Origin: Octopus bimaculoides
Lineage: Eukaryota
Length of the DNA: 58,087 nucleotides
NCBI RefSeq assembly: GCF_001194135.2
Contig: NC_068998.1
Location: 48,665,095 to 48,723,181 of the forward strand
Direction: 5' to 3'
In this document: positions 12,861-26,100 of the stretch, piece after piece
Layout: each line of letters begins with the position of its first letter
Position numbering within the stretch: the first letter of the stretch is position 1
Notes under the pieces: model-generated
Database searches by the model: none
What the model was told of the DNA's origin: nothing
The model's input: the letters and a program-made list of their open reading frames with translations, nothing else
Made by a program: the position numbers and the translations under genes

Positions 12861-13289
12861 NNNNNNNNNNNNNNNNNNNNNNNNNNNNNNNNNNNNNNNN
12901 NNNNNNNNNNNNNNNNNNNNNNNNNNNNNNNNNNNNNNNNNNNNNNNNNNNNNNNNNNNNNNNNNNNNNNNNNNNNNNNNNNNNNNNNNNNNNNNNNNNN
13001 NNNNNNNNNNNNNNNNNNNNNNNNNNNNNNNNNNNNNNNNNNNNNNNNNNNNNNNNNNNNNNNNNNNNNNNNNNNNNNNNNNNNNNNNNNNNNNNNNNNN
13101 NNNNNNNNNNNNNNNNNNNNNNNNNNNNNNNNNNNNNNNNNNNNNNNNNNNNNNNNNNNNNNNNNNNNNNNNNNNNNNNNNNNNNNNNNNNNNNNNNNNN
13201 NNNNNNNNNNNNNNNNNNNNNNNNNNNNNNNNNNNNNNNNNNNNNNNNNNNNNNNNNNNNNNNNNNNNNNNNNNNNNNNNNNNNNNNNN

Positions 13290-13488
13290 CAGAAACAGGA
13301 AATAAGAGTGAGAGAACGTTGTGGTGAAAGAGTACAGCAGGGTTCGCCACCATCCCCTGCCGGAGCCTTGTGGAGCTTTTAGGTGTTTTCGCTCAATAAA
13401 CACTCACAACGCCCGGTCTGGGAATCGAAACCGCGATCCTATGACCGCGAGTCCGCTGCCCTAACCACTGGGCCATTGCGCCTCCACA
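13290..13488 (-). mobile_element. tRNA-derived SINE family A (5' half)
   Basis: Matches 8700-8866; complete tRNA-like head; rest in the gap. Confidence 0.8.
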
Positions 13489-13724
13489 GAATGGTTATAA
13501 GACCGGGAAAAAATACCTGGCGGCATTTTGTCTGTCTTTGCATTCTGAGTTCGAATTCTGCTAAGGTCAACTTAACATTTCACCCTTAAAATAAGTACCA
13601 GTTGAGCACTAGGGTCGATGTAATCGACTTGTACCCTCCCTTGAAGTAGCTGGTCTTGGGTCAAAATTTGAAATCAATATTTACCATAAAGCCATTGTAG
13701 GAAATGAAAAATAAATGTTTCAAA

Positions 13725-13940
13725 TATAATTTAACAGTAGGTGAACCAGTTCTACGTAGACATCTACGTCTACCTTATGTAGGTACCTCAAAACCTTCAG
13801 AAGGATATTAAAGAGCTGTGAGCCCTTGATTCTCATGCTATTACAGTATCTAATCCTGTATTTTGATGGGATTTTTGGAACAATGCGATGGCACCCTGTC
13901 CTTGTGTTAGTGTAACTTTCAACGTCAAAGTCTGGGAGCA
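13725..13940 (-). pseudogene. CR1/L2-group LINE ORF2 3' fragment
   Basis: ESYTNTRTGCHRIVPKI...CNSMRIKGSQLFNIL overlaps in sequence with the fragment at 26138-26422. Confidence 0.65.
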
Positions 13941-16533
13941 AACGAAAAAGAAAATATCTGTCCTATCGTCGCATTTAGAATTTCTGCGAAATGCCGAAAC
14001 AATGCTATAAAGTATGGCGAAAGTTACGTCCCTTATAACTGAAACTTAACACACGTATCTTTAACAAGACGAGTCGGTGCCAGACCATTTAACTCGCTAG
14101 AAATAACAACGGCACCAATGAGACATTGGGTAAAGTAGTTCTACCTATTCCTGCTGAATTAGGTTTGACCTGAAGTTTCATAACAGTAGAGGTGGGATGT
14201 GAGGAAGGTTGAGATTATTCAAATTTAAATCAACCAAACGTATTTAACTCGATATTAAAGATAGTTTAGTTGTGAATACCCGTTTTTTTTTTTATTTTAT
14301 ATTTGTTTGTTTACCTTTTTTGTAGAAACATGAACTTTGTACTTCGTTATCCAAATTGTAATTTCGTTTATTGACCATCGAGTGTGATTTCAGAGACATC
14401 TAGGGGCAAGTGTAGTTTTAGATAATAGAATGGGAGTTACCTCCCTTGAATCCTTCAACAACGAATGGTTCTAACGGTTCGCGACAAAATTTTCAGATCA
14501 GAGTAAATTGATTAAATCGACCCCAGCACTTGATTGATACTCATACTGTGTAATATCTCTCTTTCATCAATAGTAAGGTTACCAAGTATAAGACAGAAAA
14601 AGAACATGGAAGAAGGAAAAAGCCTCCACAACTAAGAAGAGAATTTGAGGAGGGGAAGTGGCTTTATGCTTGTATAAGGGATAATAGGGGGACAAACACT
14701 GGTCTCTTGCTATAAAGGAGATGCATGGATACCCTACATTTTATAAAGATGGGAGTAGTTAGGAACGAGATAAAAAGGGTAGTAATACCAGAAGAAATTC
14801 TCCAAGTACAAGAAGGGGAGCCTTAAAGAAGATACAGACAGGAGATCCGGAGAGGAGGAAGGAGAGGGTGGTTAGTTTCATAGGTTTTATTATCAGTTTT
14901 AGCCAGAGGCTGTGACCATGCTGGAGTATTGCCATTAAATGCTGGGGCACCACTATTGAATGCTGGAGCACTGTGATTAAAATGTTGAGGGTTGCTCATA
15001 GGAATTGAACTCATATCTTCTGTGAAAATAACAGATGTGCTACCGTTACACCAAAGGACATGATAAGAAAAAAATAATCCAAATAAAGCTTTATTTCATT
15101 ACTGATATATTATATGTCTTAATAAATGACACTGAATATTCATAGCATGGCACCAAAATTACAAAATCAAAACAAGGGTTTTTTTTTATATATATATATA
15201 TATATAATCCATTATGTTTGTTCAATCAATATTTACATACACCCAAACACACACACACTGTCAGTTCTAATTATGAATATTCCAACTATTTGATCAACTG
15301 AACTATCAACTTGTATTAACAGGTATTTACTACCAACTTCTTGTACCAACATGTATGTAACGAGTGAAACTTGGACCCTTAAGTCAGACAGAGTATGACA
15401 AGGCTGGCTTTTTGAATTACAGGGCCCAACTGAGAGGGCCTCCATTCAAATTTCTACCTCCCTAATTTCACTCAGAATGCTCGTGTCAAACCAAGGCTTT
15501 TGATATTTTCTCAAGAAGCTTTTGAAGTCAGATCAAACCCAGTACATGATGATTTCAGAGTGAGTTTCTTAAGCATCTGAACATGACTGCAATTTTGTGT
15601 ACATCGTTGTTGTGGTCATCATCTTCGTCATCATTTTACATCCATTTTACTTCTCAGCATAGATTCAATGGGTCATTGCTGCTCCTTTAACTTTAGATGG
15701 GTCAGAGAAACACGTGCATTATTTAGATGTGTGTATACACACGTATCTGTGTATGTACGTGTATGTATGTGTGTGTGTATATGTGTACGTGTGTGTGTGT
15801 GTGCATATATGTGTATGTGTGTGTGTGCACGTGTGTGTGTACATGTGTGTGTGTGTATGTGTGCGTATGTGTATGTATGTGTGTATATGTGCGTGTGTGT
15901 GTGTGTGATGTCTCTGTTGTTAAGAAGATCACTTTGCAACCATGTTGATCCAGGTTCAGTCCCACTGCACAGCACCTTAGACAAATGTGGTCTATTGTAA
16001 CCCAGGGCCAACCAAAGCTTTGAGTGGATTTTCCAGGCAAAAAATGAAAAGAAGCCAGTTGTGTAACCATGTATGTATGTATGTGTCTTAGTCAGGGGTG
16101 TATATTCTGGGTGTGCTAGGTGCCATCGCAAATGGCAAATTCATTATACTCATTAATTTAATCACAAATCTTAATGGAAAACTTTTGTTACACCCCTGCT
16201 TGAAATTTGGTGGCATTGGGGGTGACAGCACACCCAACACAATAACCATCATACACCACTGGTCTCAGTGTGTGTGTGTCTGGACAGTGAGAAATACTGA
16301 GTCAATTTTTAAACTAATAAAACATCATGAAAGCAGTGTCATTTGTTTGCAGTCTTCCAAGAAAATGTCTGAAGGGAAGAGAATATTACCATGCTTGGGA
16401 CCAGGTGGGGTGGGGAGTGGGGCAACAGGGAGAGCATTCAGCCAGAAAAAAAAATCTGCCAAAAAAATCTGACTGATGCAAACATGGAAAAACAGACATT
16501 AAAACAATGATGATGATGATATATATAAAACAT

Positions 16534-16564
<31 letters not shown>

Positions 16565-16694
16565 GATGTAAATGAGATCTGTTTGTGTGTGTTCATGTGG
16601 AGTGTCAGACATATAGAAATAGAAACAGGAGATAAAAAAAATAAATATTTCTCTGTGATATTTGAATGAAAAAAAAGAAAAAGAAAAAAAAACT

Positions 16695-19600
16695 CTACAA
16701 AATATAATCATCTAGAAGAGAATCAGGGATTTCATTTTGGATTTCATCAAAATCACTGCCAGACAATACTGTTGGCGATGTTTCGTTTGAGTCCTTGTTT
16801 TTAACGTTCAAGGTTTCTTCATTAAGTTTCTGTTCAGTGTGTTGTTTGGCAAATTCAGGAATAGTGACCAGTTGTTCAATTTCTTCTAATAAAGCTTCTC
16901 TTTTTTCGTCTAGAAGCAGCTACAAGATAAAGCAATAAACAATGATTAGATGGGAGAGGGTTGTAGTTTGCTTGAAGCATTGTACATTGTTTGTAAAGAA
17001 TAAAAAGTTTTGAATGATACAACAATATTGTACCATATCCGGCCCAGAATATTCTACCTGTTTAATGTTCAAATGAGCCAGATCTGGCCTCTTACACTTA
17101 CCCTACAATGTCATTCTAAAAATAAACAATCACATCATTGAAATTTCATAGCTACGAGATAAAGCACGATTAATTCGAACCAATGTGAATAAATAATCAT
17201 TGCAATCAAGAGAATAAGCTGAAGTAGTGGTGTTGCAGTGTTTGTAATAGTATGGCAGTGGTTGTACTTGTGTAGCAGTCAATGTAGTTGTATTGAAGTG
17301 GACGTGGTGGGGTAACAGTTTAAGTAATAGTGTGACAGTGGAGGTATTGGAGAATGCAACGGTATAGCACCACTGTTGCAGTATAGGCTACAGTGGTGTG
17401 GCAATAATGGACATAATGTAAATGGCTGTAGTACCTGTAGAGGTATGACATTAGCTGTAGAAGTGTAACTGGGAAAAAAGGTGAAAGCTGGACGATAGAG
17501 ACAACTGGATAAGAATAGAAGAACCAAAGAATGAGTAAGAGAAAGAGCGAGGAAAAAAATCATCTCATGGTCATTTGGTAACTTATTTACCTGCGCTGAA
17601 GCGATAATCTGTCGAGCAAGTTTCTTGGACATGTGTTCTATATCCTTCACCAAATCCTTCACACTAGCTTTGGCTACGAGTGCTAGAGTTTTATAGCCAG
17701 CATTATAAAGCTGGTGAGCACGGCCCTGAAACAGAAACAATGCAAGATATTGGTCAGTTAATGAGAATACTTACATATATACACACATATATACATTTGG
17801 TGTTAGGAAGGGCATCCAGCCGTAGAAACCATGCCAAATCAGATGAAATAAACGAGTACCCTGTTCAAGCCTGTGTTCTTGTTTTTCTTATTATTGATGT
17901 GCTCTTTATATTATGTTATGGCCCTCCTCAGGATGCATAGGATCTTATATGATCACACAATGGTGAGTGTTTAATCTTTTAGCATTTAATCCAACCATAT
18001 CCGGCTCAAATATTCTACCGGCTTTATGCTAAAACTGGCCAGATCCAACCTCTCACACCTACCCTACTATGTTATTCTAAAAATTTTACAAGTACACCAT
18101 TGAAATCTGGAAGCTGTAAGAAAATGCATGATTAATTCAAAGCAATGTGAATAATAAGGATTACATTTGACGAAGAAATCAGAATGCTGTAGGGTTAACG
18201 TGATTAACAACATCTGGCATTAGGAAGGGCATCCAGCTGTAGAAACTCTGCCAAATCAGATTGAAGCCTGGTGTAGCCACCTGGTGTAGCCACCTGGTTC
18301 ACCAGTCCTCAGTCAAATCGTCCAACCCATGCTAGCATGGAAAGCGGACATTAAACGCTGATGATGATGATGATGATTATGAGGTGAAACCTGAAGGGTA
18401 AAATTTTTGCATACTGAGCACAGCCATTCCTCTGTGTGTTTGCACATGTGTGTGTGTGTGTATGTGTGTGTGTGTGAATGTGTGTGTGTGTGTTTATGTG
18501 TGTGTTACTGTCTCCTTGCTTTGATATTTTGTGATAGTCGTAAGCAAGTGTCAACCTCACTCAAACAGTGTCTTTCATTTCCAATCTTCTGAGAGATGTC
18601 TGGACGGGGAGTGGTGGTGGGGGGCGCAGATATTACCTTGCCTGGAAACAGGTGAATGTTGGTGACAGGAAGGGTACCTCAGCAAATTTCATCAGAAGCA
18701 ATGATACAGAGAAACGGTGGGGGACATTAAACAATGACGATGATGACGACGACGAAGAACTATCACCATAACCACCTCTATGTCAACTGACGATAAAACT
18801 TAACCCAGACACGGAAAACAAGATGAGATGGTGCTTACCTTTTTCACTCCAGGTATCTCTATCAGTGGAATAAGATCAAGAATGGTGCTGTATGACAGTT
18901 GCTGAATGAACAGCTCAAACAAGGCACTGAGGCCCCAGAATTCTTTTATTTCCTGCAATATTTACAAAGATTCTTTCACAATATGTCAACAACACATTAT
19001 TACCTGTTTTATAAATTGCAAAATTCTAACTGATTAGCATTTTAATTACATCATCAAATGCAATGCTTATTATTTCCATTGTTTTTAATTAATAATGCAT
19101 TATCCCATAGCTTTAAGGTTTCGATGTTGTGATTACTTTTAGAATAAATATATTTGATTTCTCTTTTCATAACGAGTTTCTTTTGTGAGGTAATTACTTA
19201 CATGACACATGAATATACACCTTGAGAAGAAGACCCATCAAACCGAGCAAAATCGCAGTTGTAGCAGATACCGGTGTCACACAAATTGGTACCTCTGTCA
19301 GTGGCACATAAACACACCCTGGTGTCATGCAAATGGCACCCATGTTAGTGGCACGTAAAAGTACCTATGATACTCTCGGAGTGGTTGGCATTAGGAAGGG
19401 CATCCAGCCACAGAAAAACCATGCCAATTCAGATTGGAGTCTGGTACAGCCTTCCAGCATCCCAACCCAGGCAAACCATCCAACCCATCCCAAAGTGGAC
19501 TACAGATGTTAAATGATGATGAAGATGATGATGATGATGACGTGCAAGAATTAAAACGAACATTGTTTACACATATGTAACATGCACAAACCTTGCAGAA

Positions 19601-20118
19601 GTAAGAAACGCATGTAGCAAAACTCAAAGCACTGCTGACGAGATTCTGCACAAAACCTCTTGGTTGTTGAAAGATTTTAGCCACTTCCCAGATGGTCTTC
19701 TGTTTCCACACTTCAAACAACATCAAGGTTAGATAAAATCGGTTCACAGCAAATTCATCAACAGGCTACAAGATAAACAAACAGAGAAAAAGAAAAATGA
19801 AGGCAAAGAGTCTTACAGTCTTCAGATGTTGAAATTTTGATAGAGATATTATTTATATTATTTGCATTATTTACATTTGACGGATATTTGTCCTCATCTT
19901 GTTTGTTGTTAACACAACGTTTCGGCTGATATACCCTCCAGCCTTCATCAGGTGTCTTGGGGAAATTTCAAACCTGGGTTAAGACCAATACACCATATGC
20001 CCAAGGCATGAATTTATAAAATATTTTCAGACGGTCAATTCATTAATAATTGCTTTCTGTTAGTAACCGTTACATACTAAATTAATAAGCATCTTTCTCC
20101 ATTATAATATAGATATAT

Positions 20119-20151
<33 letters not shown>

Positions 20152-23100
20152 CATATACACTTCCCAAAATTGCTGGCCCTACACCAAAATTTGAAACCAA
20201 TATTAAAATACCTTATTAACAGTTCTTACCTGTTTCACCACTTGACCAGAAGCTTTTCGAGCTACATAGTTCTCAGTGATCCCCATGTAATTAGCAACAG
20301 AGAGTTCATCTGATTTTAGACTACTCAGCTGAAAATATATACATACAACAGACAGTCATACATTAATACACATATATATACAGTTAAAACTGAACTGTGA
20401 AAAAACAATTTCTTAGCAAATTCTTTTGGCATTAAGCATTTTTAATAAATTACTTTTTTTCATCAAGAGATGCCCGTTGAATTGCCAACAAAATTCAATT
20501 GATATCATCACCATCATCGTCATTTAATGCCCTCTTTCCATACCGGATTGGGTTGGTCAGTTTGACAAAGAGCTAGTCAGCCAGAGGAGAGTGCCAAGTC
20601 CCACTCTCTGCTTTGGCATGGTTTTCTCAACTGGATACTCTTCCTAATACCAACCACTTTCCAGAGTGTGTTGGATGCTTTGTTTACATGGCACATAGAC
20701 CAGTGTGGTCACAAAGTAACTCACAATACTACTTCTTCCTGACTCAACTGGGGAATAGTTCTGATGGAGGTGGCTTTGTGCCAGGTGATGAGAGGTTAAT
20801 GCATGACAGGGGGACAAAAAGAGGTGGAAGGGATTTTACGGTTGGATGCCCTTCCTAACACCAACCTCTCTGCAGAGTGAACTCAGTGCTTTTTATGTGG
20901 CACTAACACAAGCGAAATTAGTTTTGGCATGACTTTTTACAGCTGGATGCTCTTCCAGATGCCAACCATGTTACAGTGTGGGCTGGATGCTTTTAACATG
21001 GCACCAGCACTGGCAGAGCAACCAAGTAATTCACAAGACAAGGAATTATGATAGGGGCAACTTGTGTCAGAGCATGAAAGGTTAGAGGGTGACAAAGAGA
21101 CAGAAGCAGGTGTTTTGCCACAACAGAGGTGGGCATTAGAGGAGGAGATCCAATATCAAATGATGAAAGGATAGAGTGTAACAGAGAAATAGAGAGGCAG
21201 AAATAGGTGTCTTGCTATAGAGGAGGTACATGGGGGAGAGAGAGAGGAACAGGAAAGGGGCCAGAAACAAGTATAAGTCTAATGAAAATATATGATGCTA
21301 GAAACTAAAGCACCTGATCCCAACTAATAAGCCATACCTGTTTGAAATAAATTATCCAAGAAGGTGTTACGGTAGAGACAATGTCATAGGGTGTTGTAAG
21401 GGCCAGCATGTGTAAATAGTTGGACACAACTAACATCTCAGTGGACTTCTTTAAATCATTATACAGCTTGTCACTGATATCAATATCAATGGACCCTGAA
21501 ATAAAAAGGTTACACAATGTACGTGTATTTATGGAGGGCAGTGTGAAGCAGGAATGATATTACTATTGTACAGGTAATGAGAAAAAGTAAACGAGGTTAA
21601 GTTCTTGCTAATTAAAATCAATAAACCAATTTCAAATCTTAAAACTCTTTACATTTCACACTTATTCCATAACATGCTAATTTACCCACAGCCAAGACTG
21701 GACAAATGTAACTACTCCAGGTCAGTGAAGACCGGGGAACAACAGTGGCCAAAAGATGGTTCCAAACCCCTCATAACCTTTGAACTCCTGAATCAGGGGC
21801 CGCTACAGGATGCAGTTTAAAGTTAAACAAAGGACAAATATTGAAAATTAGATCAGCATTAACCTACCTTTATATACTGCCCTTCCTAAATCACTGATAG
21901 CCAAATTAAAATTAGCAGAAATGGAACTGTTTTCTGTTTTATCATCAGCATTTTCTACATGTGAAGCAGTATTTTGTTTTTGTTTAACAAGGCCCAAGTC
22001 CAGCAAGGACTGAAGGCAGTTTTTCGTTAGTTCATTGATATCACATTCCAGTTCTTTACTTTGGACATTCAACAAGCTATTAGAGATTATCACAAAGAGA
22101 CTTGAAACATCTGTAGCAATCTGTGAAGAGAATCAAGAAAAATTCTTCTATATTTTTGTATAAAACTTCCACAAATAGTGTCACATGTTTAAATTGATCA
22201 TTACCATCATCATCATATTTTAAAAACATCGAATGACTATGAAGGTGCAGCTGAATAAAATAGGGATCATAAGGGTCCATAGTTAAAAGAATTGGTTGAG
22301 AATTGTTGCTCTAATTCCACTGCCAATATTTTACTGCAAAACAGTATTCTATTTTCCCTTATACGGGCCTACCTCAACTTAGCAACTTCAGTTGTTTTGA
22401 GTTTTATCTTTTTTGATCTTCTGTCATTTTTTTAATGAAATTAGTGGAAAAAAAAAAAAAGCTGGGGTATGCCTGTTCTGCTTTTCACTCAAAGAGTGAA
22501 AGATTTTGTTTCCCAGTCAGTCAACAGGTTGTCATCATCATGTTTGATTTTTTTATTTTACTTGACTCAATTAGAATAAACCAACAGGATAGCAAATCTT
22601 TAGCTGAAAGCTTATGGTGAAAGTGAAATTGTGATTACCTGAAGACCAACAAGAGACAGGATTAGCAATCGAATCCCTTTACCATCATCATATGCCAGAC
22701 TGCTGTGACAGCTTTCCATTGGCTTACTGATCAGTTCTTTAACCTGAAGGAAGACAAAATAGAAAAAGTAAAAACAAAAACAAAAAAACATTATAGACTT
22801 AATAAATGAATTTCATCTTCATCATCATCATCATTATTGTTTTAATATCCATTTTTCTATGCTCATATGGGTCAAATGAAATTTTCTCTAGTTGGATGCC
22901 TTTCTTGCCATCAACCCTTGTCTCCAAGCAAGGAGAAATATATCTGGCCCCCGTTTTTCCCACAGAAGACCGGAAATGTACACCCTCACTTACTACTAAG
23001 TTATGAGAATGTTAACAAACTAATTAATACAGGTTGTGAAGCAGTGCTGGGGGTAAAAACACAACACAAACGTAAATATGCACTCTCACACATAGACTCA

Positions 23101-26100
23101 TATACATACAAAGGGTTTCTTTCAGTTTCCGTCCACCAAATCCACTGACAAAAATCTGATCAGCCTGGAACAAAACTTGAAGACGTTTCCCCCCAGGTAA
23201 CACACAGTAAACCTGAAGCCAGCGAAGGAAATTACACCACTTTACAACTACCTTTACAACTACCTTGTTCATACATCTTCATAAATAAATATGTACACAT
23301 CTTCACACCAAAGTAAATTTAAGGTGAACATCTGAATGAATTGTGGAATAATATTTTTTTTACATCTTTAAGAATCCATGGAAATTTAGTTTGCGAAACC
23401 TTAACAAAACTCGTTACCTTTTCTTTGTCCTTTGGTGCAACTATCAGAATGCTTTCTCCCGATTTATCAATACCTGCTCTACCAGCTCTTCCGATCATTT
23501 GTAAATACCTACATCTGCTGATGAAGTACTTACCAACATAAGGGCTGCGCAATATAACTCTAAGCAAAAAAAAACAAAAATAAATAAATATTTGAATTTT
23601 GTAACAGTAGCTGCTCTATAGTAAAAACTTAATTAATATAATATATTTAATATTAATATAATATATTTAATATAAGGGGGCAACCTGGCAGAATCGTTAG
23701 CACGCCAGGAAAAAAGCTTAGCAGTATTTCATCCGTCTTCGCTTTCTGAGTCCAAATGCCACCGACATCAACTTTGCTTTTCATCCTTTCTGGGTCAATA
23801 AAATAAGTACCAGTTATGCACTGGGGTCGATGTAATCGACTTACACCCTCCCCAAAATTACTGTGAATTTGAAACCAATGCAACATACTTAATGTATGTC
23901 TGTGTTTGCAAAGTGAGAAGCTGTGGTTTTTGTCTGAGAAAAATCTTTTTATAGATGTATTATGTTAAAAAACATGAGATGCTTCAGAGCTCATAAAAAT
24001 GAAACTGCCCCAGAAATGACTGCGACAGTGACAGATATGTATTTCGCCATTGTTGTGGCTTTTCAATGTCACACACTTGTGTCACTTCTGAAATGAAATC
24101 AATCAAATCTCTGAGGTATATATAGAGATGGTATACAAACTATACACTGATTTGAAATAGTGCTGCATGAGCAAGATAAAATTCGAATTATGCAATAGGA
24201 ACAGCTCTATAGTGAAAACTTTATCATATAACTTGCTTAATTTCTGTATGCAGCAAAAGAACCCAAAGCTGCAGTTTTCATCTACAAAGGGATTTATTTT
24301 TCTCAGACAAAAATCACAAATTCTGGCTTTTCAACTGTACATGTGTGTTCAGTATGCTATATTGATCAACTTTTTAATAAATAGATAAACTGAACAGAAT
24401 GAGTGTCAAATACAATTGAGTTAAAAGAGTTTGTGGCATTCAACTGAAGAATTCCTCATTTTCCTTGCTGGCATGGACCACGTGGCTTTTCAAGGACTAG
24501 GTGAGATTTTAATCTAAATTATTGCTCTCTTAGACGTAGTATGTACGTAGAGAGGCAGGCTATTGCATAAACAGGTAGATTGAGATGAAGATGTACAATT
24601 ATAAATTTACAAAGGAAAGTTTGAAATTTCTTACTTTCATTTTGAATGAATATATAATTCAAAACAAACCGTTTAGCAGGAAGATTGACACCTGCCGCCA
24701 ATGTTGAGGTACAAGCTAATAAGCACAAAATGTTAGACGAGTATGCATCTTCTATCGACCTCCGTTCATCACTTGTAAGCCCACTGTGGTGGTAAGCAAG
24801 ACCAAAAGGAATTGTTTGTGCTAAAACCGGGCACAAATAGCCATTGTTGTCAGCTTTTAAATCTTTCAGCAGTTGTTTTTTTTGAGATTTGTGAATATCT
24901 AAGAAGTTCCTGCAAATAGAAATGGTCAAGATATAGAAGAAAGAAAAAGACATTAGCTGCATTTAACAAAAAGATGTTCCTTTAACCAATGAGGGTATTT
25001 TAGCTACTTCACTGTCTCTAGAATGAAAACTGCATGCTTATAGCACCAAACCAGAAGACTAACTTAGCTAGAAATACCAATAAAATGAATCATTTGAAGA
25101 GTATGGAAGAAAATGATCATGAACAAAAGTGGCTGAAATGGGGTCCCTCAAAAGGATCTTTGGAGTAACATTACTTGACAGAGATCGGGGAGCAGCTACT
25201 TCTCCACACTGAAAGGTCACAGCTCTGGCACTATAGACACATGATGAGAATATCACAGAAAAGAATTGCAGGTTCTTTTCTGTTTGGCTGCCACTTTTCA
25301 ATTTCTGTTCCAATTCATTTCATATTAGGTGTAATGATGTAGTTTTATATGCTAATCATTGACATGAAATTCCAGGCAGTGCACAACATAGTCATGTTAT
25401 TATGAAGAATTTATAAGAAGACTAATGCTGAAAGATACATGAATCATGAGAGATGAGAGGTCTTCAAACATTTAGAAAATTATGACTTGAGTATGGCCCA
25501 TGAGATGTCCAACTTAAATCTAAAACAAGTGAGTTGAGAAAGAAAGCAGACATGTGGAATACCAGTCACTGTGTGCAAGAGAGATTACTCAGATGTTTAA
25601 TAAAGTATAAATGAAGAACTCCCATCAATGAGTAAACAGTCGAAGGTCTCAAGGTGGAGCAGAGACTCAGAGAAAGTGGAAAAAATCTATGGCTTTCACA
25701 GAAGAGGTGGACATCAAATTGGAGATTACACTGTTTAAAAAACACCTATGGTTGTGTGGTTGAGGAGGTCTCTTTGCAATCACATGGTTTGGGTTCAGTT
25801 ATGAGGGTAAGTATCTTCTATTATAGCCCTGGGATGACCAGTGCCTTGTGAGTGGATTTGGTTGTCAGAAACTGTGTGGAAGTTTGCCGTGTGTTGTGTG
25901 TGCATGTGTGTGTGTATACACACATAACACACACACACATATAGTAAATCCAAACAAAATGATGACACAAACACAATAAATAACAATGCGAGGATGTGGT
26001 ACGTGTGAAGTATTAGCAGACGCTCAGGGAAAGAAAGAAAGGAGGTTGAATATGTTTTCAGCAAAGCTCTTCTTCAGAAACAGAGGTAAATCCAATAGAA

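Noticed and set aside
14823-15030. Protein-like minus ORF (PAFNSGAPAFNGNTPAW) behind an acceptor-like site
   Set aside because: The repeats are three decayed copies of the family B SINE tail (GTGCTCCAGCAT), and HELQ already ends at 16695.
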